Position numbers and translations under genes: made by a program | Shown: positions 57,409 to 64,000 of the stretch, one piece after another | Position numbering within the stretch: position 1 is the first letter of the stretch | How the letters are laid out: the number at the start of each line of letters is the position of its first letter | Notes under the pieces: model-generated | Told to the model about the DNA's origin: nothing | Database searches by the model: none | What the model saw: the letters and a program-made list of their open reading frames with translations, nothing else | DNA from: an uncultured archaeon | Lineage (GTDB): Archaea > Iainarchaeota > Iainarchaeia > Iainarchaeales > JAAZKV01 | Direction of reading: 5' to 3' | DNA: 64,000 bases | Assembly (NCBI GenBank): GCA_964619405.1 | Contig: CAZUCF010000003.1 | Coordinates: 25,192 to 89,191, forward strand

Positions 57409-60400
57409 TTATTTTTCGCTTAATTGTTCTTCAAGTATCTTATTGAGTAATTCTAAAAATTCATCTAATCTTTCAGATGGTATTTTCATTCCGGCTGCTA
57501 TTGAATTGTGCACAATTAAACCATTCGCCATAAAATTTTTTGTTTTTGGGATAGATAAGTCAAGAAAACCATTTTTATACCCCAAACTTTTTTTTGATTT
57601 AATCTCATAAAATGTTAAATGCTGGCTATTAACTATTTTGTCTAACCACTTAATTTTATTTAAACAATCTATGGGTATTTTGTACTTATTTTTTAAAATC
57701 GGATAAATAAAATATTTATTTAAAGAATGATAATTCATTCTTTTAGTTTTGATTCTTGAATATAACACATTATAATCAAATAATTCTCTTGAAATATTAT
57801 TTTGTTTTATAAATTTTCGCATAAACCCATAAGTTATTGGTGAAAACAACATTGAATTTCTTTTTTTCTTTGACTGTTTTTTTATTATTTTTTTTAACAA
57901 AATATCTTTTTTCCCATTTTGTGTAAAACCTATTTTCTTTTGAAATATTTTAATGGAATCAAAATCAGTAATATCTAAAACAAATGATCTTTTTGAATTA
58001 AATTTATTTGTTTTTTTTGTTTTAACTTCTCTAAAATTAGATTTTACTCCAAATCTCAAAAGAAGTATTTGAACTGTTTTAAGTAAATATTCATCCACTA
58101 GCCTTATCATAATAAATCTATCAAAAACACAGGCTTCTGCATCGAACAAACCACTAATATAACTTGCTAAAATATTATTTTTCGAAATCATTATTTTTTT
58201 TGGGACATTTAAATTACCAGTCAGTAATTTGAGTTCGGGAAAATTTTTTTCAAAAAATCGGCACAAATCCGCAGAATAAATACGTATTTTTTTATAATTA
58301 CCCATATCAATTAAAGTTGATTTTAAAGAAAAATTGTTTAAAATTGATTTTTGAAATTTTTCTAAAATTTTTCTATCTGATTCTTTAGCTTCAATTCTTT
58401 TTTTACCAATATTTCCGTCACTTTGAATATAACCAAGAAGCCAAGCTATTTCGAAATTTAGTTTGTTTGAATTACAAACAAACTTTTTTTCAATAAATTG
58501 TGAATAAAAATACTTTTTTGATATTTTGAGTAATGAAAGATACTCAATTAAATGACTTTCAATAATTTTGTGTGACCTAAACTGTTCTAAAGCATTAATA
58601 CTACACAAATTATTTTCAAATGACAAGAGTTTGTTTGTTAATTCTTTTTTTGATAATTTTAATTTTAAACGTTTATTTTTTAAAAAGTTCGAACTTTCTT
58701 TCTTTAAATAAATAAATTTATTATTTATTAATTTAATATCTTGTCCCGCAAAAGGAATTTTTTTGACACCCAAAACAAAATCTTTTTCCAACAAATCTTT
58801 AGCTTTTACTTCAACTAAACTAAAATTTTCAAATTTAAAAAAACGGTGTTCTTCTGAAGAAATTATTTCTGTATTTTTTGTTTTAAATGAAATGGTTTTT
58901 TTCTTTTTTGATACAAAAACTTTATCGCATTTTGAATTTATTAAATTAAAATTAGAATTACTTAACAAATAGTCTGTTTTTATTATTTCTGATATTTTAC
59001 AAATTTCCCCTCTTTTTTTTTGAACTAGTGTGTCAGGATGCAAACAATGGCCACCACCTTGAACTCCAATAATCTCTTTTTCTATTTGTTTAAAGGCTTT
59101 ACCTAAATTAAGGCCTTTTCTAATGAGTGCTTGGGTGCCTCTACCAGAAACTTTTATTGTATTATCTTCGTTTCGTGCTAAAGCGATTATTGGTTTGTCT
59201 TCATTTATTACTGAACCATATAACATGCCAGCAATTATTCCTACAAGAGAATCTTGTATTGCGTCTTTTGCATCAAAAAAATAAAATGACTTTTTTTCTT
59301 CAACACCATTAGCATTAACAAATTCAATTCCTTTTCTTAATTCTCTTTTGTGTTCTTCTATAAGCAATAATAATTTTCCATAATAACTATTTGAACTCCT
59401 ATTCCCCAAACAAACTTGTAATGCTACTTCTGGCATAGCATGTCTACCTGCAGAATTACAAGCTGTTGCAAATTCTTTTGCATCGCGCAAAGGACTTTTT
59501 AATAATTCTTTTTCAAGAGTATAAACTTCTCCAATCAAAGATTGTATTTTCCATTCGGGAACCCCTTGTTCTGACAAATGAATTATTAGAGCAGAAGAGA
59601 GTACTTGCTTTTGTTCTATTGAAAGATCTTCATATGAAAGCCACTCATCATTAAAAGAGTCTTTTAATGGAATATTATTTTGTTTCAAAAAAGCAACACA
59701 ATTTTCTTCGCTTGCTGTTAACCCAGGAATAATTGGTGAAGAAGAAAACATTAGAAATGATACTAGTGGCCGAGAAATTCTACCATATAATCTCAAATCA
59801 TTTTTAACAAAAAGAATTTTTTCTTTTACAGCAATATCAATTATTTTTCTATTCAAACCAATTAGTTTTCCTGAAAAATCTTGCATGTCCCCAACAGCAC
59901 CAACAATAGCCAAACCAGATAAATCAACATTTTTTTTATTTAATGCAAGAGCAAAAAAGAATGCTGTTCCAGAACCGCTTAACTCTTTTCCGCCATCAAT
60001 ACCATAAAATAATGGGTTAATGTGCCGCGGAATTTTTGTTCCAAGAGTAATCAAAAAATCGTTTTCAGATTCTTTATTTTCAATACTTTGATTTTTTTTT
60101 CCTTGCGTAACGGAATCGGGCTCACCACAAGACCAGATCGCCCGTACGGAATCGGGCTCACCACAAGACCGGATCGCCCGTACGGAATCGGGCTGGTGGT
60201 GATCCAAAATAAATAAATTTTTTTTGCCCAAACCATTAATTAAATGGTCTAATTGGCCCGAACCAAAATCTACAAACAAATATGTTTTTCCAAGTTTTTT
60301 TATTTCATCAATGTTTTCTTTGTATAATTGTTTTAAACACAAGTGCGTTACTTTTTTTCCTTCTCTTTCCAACGCTTTTATTGCTATTGCTCCACTTGTA

Positions 60401-60513
60401 ATACCATCAGCGTCATAATGATGAATAACCACTATTGAATCACTATGTTTTATCTCACAAGCAAATTTTTCTAAATCTAAAAAAAAATTTTCTTCAAACC
60501 TTTGTTCAACCAT
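57409..60513 (-). CDS. RecJ/GAN-like DHH-family nuclease, interrupted by an intein and carrying a 24-aa repeat insertion
   Basis: DHH motifs HHYDADG, DFG and LDHH. The DHHA1 motif GGGH|SIAAG is split by the intein. The mature size would be 520 aa. Confidence 0.8.
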   Translation of the reverse strand: MVEQRFEENFFLDLEKFACEIKHSDSIVVIHHYDADGITSGAIAIKALEREGKKVTHLCLKQLYKENIDEIKKLGKTYLFVDFGSGQLDHLINGLGKKNLFILDHHQPDSVRAIRSCGEPDSVRAIWSCGEPDSVTQGKKNQSIENKESENDFLITLGTKIPRHINPLFYGIDGGKELSGSGTAFFFALALNKKNVDLSGLAIVGAVGDMQDFSGKLIGLNRKIIDIAVKEKILFVKNDLRLYGRISRPLVSFLMFSSSPIIPGLTASEENCVAFLKQNNIPLKDSFNDEWLSYEDLSIEQKQVLSSALIIHLSEQGVPEWKIQSLIGEVYTLEKELLKSPLRDAKEFATACNSAGRHAMPEVALQVCLGNRSSNSYYGKLLLLIEEHKRELRKGIEFVNANGVEEKKSFYFFDAKDAIQDSLVGIIAGMLYGSVINEDKPIIALARNEDNTIKVSGRGTQALIRKGLNLGKAFKQIEKEIIGVQGGGHCLHPDTLVQKKRGEICKISEIIKTDYLLSNSNFNLINSKCDKVFVSKKKKTISFKTKNTEIISSEEHRFFKFENFSLVEVKAKDLLEKDFVLGVKKIPFAGQDIKLINNKFIYLKKESSNFLKNKRLKLKLSKKELTNKLLSFENNLCSINALEQFRSHKIIESHLIEYLSLLKISKKYFYSQFIEKKFVCNSNKLNFEIAWLLGYIQSDGNIGKKRIEAKESDRKILEKFQKSILNNFSLKSTLIDMGNYKKIRIYSADLCRFFEKNFPELKLLTGNLNVPKKIMISKNNILASYISGLFDAEACVFDRFIMIRLVDEYLLKTVQILLLRFGVKSNFREVKTKKTNKFNSKRSFVLDITDFDSIKIFQKKIGFTQNGKKDILLKKIIKKQSKKKRNSMLFSPITYGFMRKFIKQNNISRELFDYNVLYSRIKTKRMNYHSLNKYFIYPILKNKYKIPIDCLNKIKWLDKIVNSQHLTFYEIKSKKSLGYKNGFLDLSIPKTKNFMANGLIVHNSIAAGMKIPSERLDEFLELLNKILEEQLSEK
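57505..59046 (-). mobile_element. intein (514 aa) with LAGLIDADG endonuclease in the RecJ-like protein
   Basis: Cys1 (CLHPDTLVQKKRG), C-terminal ANGLIVHN, +1 Ser. LAGLIDADG motifs are LLGYIQSDGN and YISGLFDAEA. Confidence 0.85.
60111..60205. repeat. GC-rich 36-bp tandem repeat (2 full units plus a partial) inside the RecJ-like CDS
   Basis: cggaatcgggctcaccacaagacc[a/g]gatcgcccgta at 60111 and 60147, with a partial copy at 60183. About 61% GC. Encodes VRAIRSCGEPDS/VRAIWSCGEPDS directly after LDHHQPDS. Confidence 0.9.
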
Positions 60514-60637
60514 AAAAAATTAATTGAGAAAAAATATTATAAATTGGAACAAAGTGTTGTGCCGAGCCCACCTTTCGAATTATTTAAACAAATTATAAAA
60601 AAGCACTTTTAAATTACTTTCAGTACAATAATTTGCT

Positions 60638-61936
60638 ATGGGATTTTTTAACAATGTTTTTGGTAAAAAAAATGAAACCGAAGAAATAATAACTAATTTT
60701 GATTTATTACCAACCTTAATTCAAAAAAATTTTGAAGCCGAAACACGAGATTTAGAATTAGAATCTGCAAAAATAATAAGCGAATTAAAATACTTGCATG
60801 AAAAGGGAAAAAGTATTTTAATCGATATTCAAAAAAAAGAATTAGATGAAAAAGAAAATAATCGTTTTAATAAAGCAGCTTTAACATCAAAAAAACAAAT
60901 TGAAAACCAATTAGCAAAAGCTCTTGAAAAAATTAATCCTGAAAAAGCAGGAAGTGAGATTGATGAAATAAGAGCGTATTCTAATGAAAGTTATTTTTTG
61001 ATAATAACTGAAATAAACTCTTTTAGAAAAAATATTGCTTACACAAGTGTTTATTTGAAAGACGAAATGAAGTTACTCGGGCAAACACTCCAAGAAATAA
61101 TTAATAAATTAACACAGTTAAACAAAAACTTTTCAGATAAAAAATATATTTTTGAATTTGAGAAAATAAAAAAAAGACTTGAAAAAATATGTGAAGAAAA
61201 AAGCGAAATAAAAAAAATTGATGAACTAATAAAAAAAAAGCAAGCAGAAATAGAAACAAAAAATATTGAACTAAAAAAAATTGAACAACAAATTTTTGAA
61301 CTCAATAAGAGTCCTGAAATAATTGAATTAAATAAAATTGAAGAAGAACGTGCCAAAATAGCTGGAGAAAAACAACAATTAAAAACAGAAGTTTCTTCAA
61401 TGTTGTCAACAATCGACAAACCATTACAAAGATTTAATGCACTAGTAAAAAACAAGAGATGGTTACTAAGCAATGAAAAAGAATTACTTTTAGATGGTTT
61501 TATTAATAACCCTTTAATCGCATTAAAAAAAGATGTTAATGGAAAAATATTCAAAGAAATATTAATTGAAATAAAAAAAGCTATTGATGATGAAAAAATT
61601 GATTTGAAAGAAAAGGAAAGAGAAAAGCGAATTGATGCTTTACAAGAATTAATTGCATTTGATTTTTTTGAAAAAGTTTTTTGGAAATTAAATGAAATAC
61701 AAAAACGACAAAATGAAATTGAAGCAATAATAAAAAATAATACATATACTAAACTACACTCTAATTTAGAAAATAAAAAAAATGATTTTTTAAAAGAAAT
61801 TGAAAATATTCAAGAATCAAAAAAAATTGAAGAAACCAAAAAAGAAAAAATACTTGATTTTATTCAACAAGAAGAAGAAAAAATAATTAATTTTAGTCAA
61901 AAAATACTAGATAAAAAAATAAGAATTGAAGAATAA
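60638..61936 (+). CDS. coiled-coil hypothetical protein
   Basis: 432 aa, Lys/Glu/Ile-rich with heptad-like character throughout. Confidence 0.45.
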   Translation: MGFFNNVFGKKNETEEIITNFDLLPTLIQKNFEAETRDLELESAKIISELKYLHEKGKSILIDIQKKELDEKENNRFNKAALTSKKQIENQLAKALEKINPEKAGSEIDEIRAYSNESYFLIITEINSFRKNIAYTSVYLKDEMKLLGQTLQEIINKLTQLNKNFSDKKYIFEFEKIKKRLEKICEEKSEIKKIDELIKKKQAEIETKNIELKKIEQQIFELNKSPEIIELNKIEEERAKIAGEKQQLKTEVSSMLSTIDKPLQRFNALVKNKRWLLSNEKELLLDGFINNPLIALKKDVNGKIFKEILIEIKKAIDDEKIDLKEKEREKRIDALQELIAFDFFEKVFWKLNEIQKRQNEIEAIIKNNTYTKLHSNLENKKNDFLKEIENIQESKKIEETKKEKILDFIQQEEEKIINFSQKILDKKIRIEE

Positions 61937-62001
61937 AATAAGCTATTTTTAACAAAAAATCTCGATTTTTAAGGTTTTCTAATAAGATTAATATTAATAA
62001 C

Positions 62002-62595
62002 ATGGATGAAAAAGATAAACAAATAAAATTAAGCAAATTCTTATTACAAAAATATGCTGATTTAATAAATGAGCGTGAGCAACGAACAATTGGAGAAATA
62101 AAATCATTGGTTGATGGAACCGATTTGAGTATACAAACAATAATACAAGATTTCAAAGAAAACACTTATTCTTTTGAAGATGATTATTTAAATTCAATAA
62201 AAAAAGTGTATAATTATATTAGAGAAGAAATAGATTTTACTGAAATTAATTTGGGAATAAATTATTGGTTAAATGCAAAAGAAGTAATGGAATTAAAAAT
62301 AACTGATGACGAAGACCTAGCAGTATTTACTTGTTCAATAATGAAAGCTTTAGGCGATAATAAGGCAGATGTTGTAATAGCTGAACTTGATGACTTAACA
62401 ACACATGCATTCGTTACAACCGAAATAAATGAAAATTTTTTAATATTGGATCCAGCACAAAAAAAAGATTTTGAAACATTTTTTGGAAAAAAACCAGATA
62501 TTTTGAGAAAATACACATTTAATGGCCAAAAAATAAAAAAGTTTTTGTATAGGTTTAACTCAGAAAAATACGAACAGTTTTTGGACGAAGAATAA
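62002..62595 (+). CDS. hypothetical protein
   Basis: 197-aa ORF with an ATG start. No motif recognised. Confidence 0.4.
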   Translation: MDEKDKQIKLSKFLLQKYADLINEREQRTIGEIKSLVDGTDLSIQTIIQDFKENTYSFEDDYLNSIKKVYNYIREEIDFTEINLGINYWLNAKEVMELKITDDEDLAVFTCSIMKALGDNKADVVIAELDDLTTHAFVTTEINENFLILDPAQKKDFETFFGKKPDILRKYTFNGQKIKKFLYRFNSEKYEQFLDEE

Positions 62596-62846
62596 AACAC
62601 AGAAAAACTAATTATCAGCAAAAACAAATAACTTTCCCAAATGTATACATTCTTAAAAAAACAATAAGTATTAATGCCTAAACACACTATTGAAATAATA
62701 CAAGCGAGAATGAAAAAAATTTATGAAACAATTGCTGTGGCAGAAGGAATGAAGAGGAGATTATTTTTTTAAAACAATTTAGTTAAACAATTTAGAGTGG
62801 TTTATAAACCCTACTAATATATTTTTTTTTACTAATTGGTGGTAAA

Positions 62847-63032
62847 ATGGTTGTTGTGAATGATCCAGATAAGTGCGTTTATTGTGGTGGTTGTGTAGGT
62901 GTTTGCCCAGTACAAGCTCTAACTCTAAAAGACACTAGAATAATTATTGATAAAAGCAAGTGTATTAATTGCGGGGCATGTGTTAGCATTTGTCCTGTTG
63001 GAGCAATGAGAATTGAAAAGGTGAATAAATGA
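62847..63032 (+). CDS. 2x[4Fe-4S] ferredoxin
   Basis: CVYCGGCVGVCP and CINCGACVSICP. Overlaps the downstream reductase start (ATGA). Confidence 0.85.
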   Translation: MVVVNDPDKCVYCGGCVGVCPVQALTLKDTRIIIDKSKCINCGACVSICPVGAMRIEKVNK

Positions 63033-64000
63033 CTGATTATGATGTTATAGTTGTTGGAGCAGGACCAGCTGGTTTGTGTGCCGCAATAGAATTAATGAAA
63101 GAGAAGACAAGTGTATTAGTTGTTGATAGGAAGCAAGAAATTGGTTGCCCTAAAAGGTGTGCTGAGGGACTAAGTTTGAGATGGTTCAAAAAAATGAATA
63201 TTACTCCAAAAAAAGAATGGGCAGTTCAAGAAATAAAAGGTGCTGAATTATATTCCCCTAATGGAAAAAGCATTAAAATGAAATCAAAAACACCACAAGG
63301 ATATATTCTTGAAAGAAAAATGTTTGAAAAATACTTGGCTATAGAAGCAGTAAAAAAAGGAGCCAAAATTTTAATGAAGAATCAGGTTGTTAGTGCTGAA
63401 AGAAAGAATGGTAGAGTTGAATTAATAATAGAAGAAAACAAGGAAAAAAAAAGAGTGAGTTGTAAAATAGTTGTTGCTTGTGATGGAGTTGACTCTCTAA
63501 CAGCAAAAATGCTTGGATTAAATACTAAATTGGATTTAAGTGAAACTGATTCAGGATACCAATACGAAATGACTGGTGTGAAAGGTTATGATGAAGACGT
63601 ATTACACTTATTTTTTGGAAAAGATATTGCCCCAAGAGGATACATTTGGATTTTCCCAAAAAGAAAAGGAACAGCAAATGTAGGCATAGGAATAGGAGCA
63701 TATGAAAAAGAAACAGCAAAGTATTATCTTGATAAATGGATAGCTGAACAAACTGGATTAAAAAATGGTTCAATAATAGAGGTTAACGCAGGAGTTATTC
63801 CTGTTGGAGGTTTTTTAGAAAAAATGCAAGCAGATAATTTATTAGTTGCTGGAGATGCTGGACACATGGTTGACCCAATTCATGGCGGAGGAATCGGAAT
63901 CGCGATGGAAGGCGGCAGACTAGCTGGAAAACACGCTTTAATCGCATTAAAAACAAATAAATTTAGTGAAGAGGATTTGAAAAAATACACTGAAGAATGG
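63029..64000 (+). CDS. geranylgeranyl reductase family protein (digeranylgeranylglycerophospholipid reductase), 3' end beyond the window
   Basis: Hand-translated: MTDYDVIVVGAGPAGLCAAIEL (FAD fold), CPKRCAEG, later AGDAGHMVDPIHGGGI. The ORF is open to the window end. Confidence 0.85.
   Translation, partial: MTDYDVIVVGAGPAGLCAAIELMKEKTSVLVVDRKQEIGCPKRCAEGLSLRWFKKMNITPKKEWAVQEIKGAELYSPNGKSIKMKSKTPQGYILERKMFEKYLAIEAVKKGAKILMKNQVVSAERKNGRVELIIEENKEKKRVSCKIVVACDGVDSLTAKMLGLNTKLDLSETDSGYQYEMTGVKGYDEDVLHLFFGKDIAPRGYIWIFPKRKGTANVGIGIGAYEKETAKYYLDKWIAEQTGLKNGSIIEVNAGVIPVGGFLEKMQADNLLVAGDAGHMVDPIHGGGIGIAMEGGRLAGKHALIALKTNKFSEEDLKKYTEEW

Noticed and set aside
62674-62772. 32-aa ORF (MPKHTIEIIQARMKKIYETIAVAEGMKRRLFF) in the gap upstream of the ferredoxin gene.
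   Set aside because: It is too short, has no motif and no evident ribosome-binding context. It cannot be distinguished from a chance ORF without comparative data.

Overview
The window looks like a very AT-rich archaeal chromosome segment, by gene content a DPANN-type (Woese-/Pacearchaeota-like) archaeon. Evidence is ribosomal proteins S3Ae and S15, Bud32, archaeal DtdA, SecDF, CDP-archaeol synthase and geranylgeranyl reductase. Most genes are on the minus strand. Housekeeping blocks are:
- NOG1 GTPase, secF-secD, CarS, S3Ae/S15 and Bud32.
- A bacterial-type grpE-dnaK-dnaJ operon.
- Dus, ADP-forming acetyl-CoA synthetase, an acetolactate-synthase-like ThDP enzyme and purF.
- A porGDAB operon directly followed by a near-complete modified archaeal mevalonate pathway supercluster: IPK, AcnX-type phosphomevalonate dehydratase L+S, UbiD-type decarboxylase, UbiX, MVK, DUF35, thiolase, HMGS and HMGR. 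IDI-2, GGPP synthase, ferredoxin and geranylgeranyl reductase lie nearby.

The main finding is an accessory island at about 26.6-34.5 kb. It holds a complete diversity-generating retroelement (DGR). The DGR consists of a type IV pilin-like, DUF1566/C-type-lectin target gene with a C-terminal variable repeat, an Avd-like four-helix-bundle gene, an adenine-rich template repeat and a DGR-clade reverse transcriptase. It is flanked by an AbiEi/AbiEii pair, a DUF4143 AAA ATPase and an IS200-type tnpA element abutting purF.

Three LAGLIDADG-containing inteins interrupt catalytic motifs of PorB, GGPP synthase and a RecJ/GAN-like DHH nuclease. Other oddities:
- A GC-rich in-frame 36-bp tandem repeat next to the DHH motif.
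- A 43-bp duplication of the thiolase 3' end around a GC-rich hairpin insert.
- Nested AT-rich tandem repeats.
- A (TA)9 tract upstream of the DGR target.

I recognised no rRNA, tRNA or CRISPR array by eye. All functional calls come from motif recognition in the supplied translations; no searches were run.
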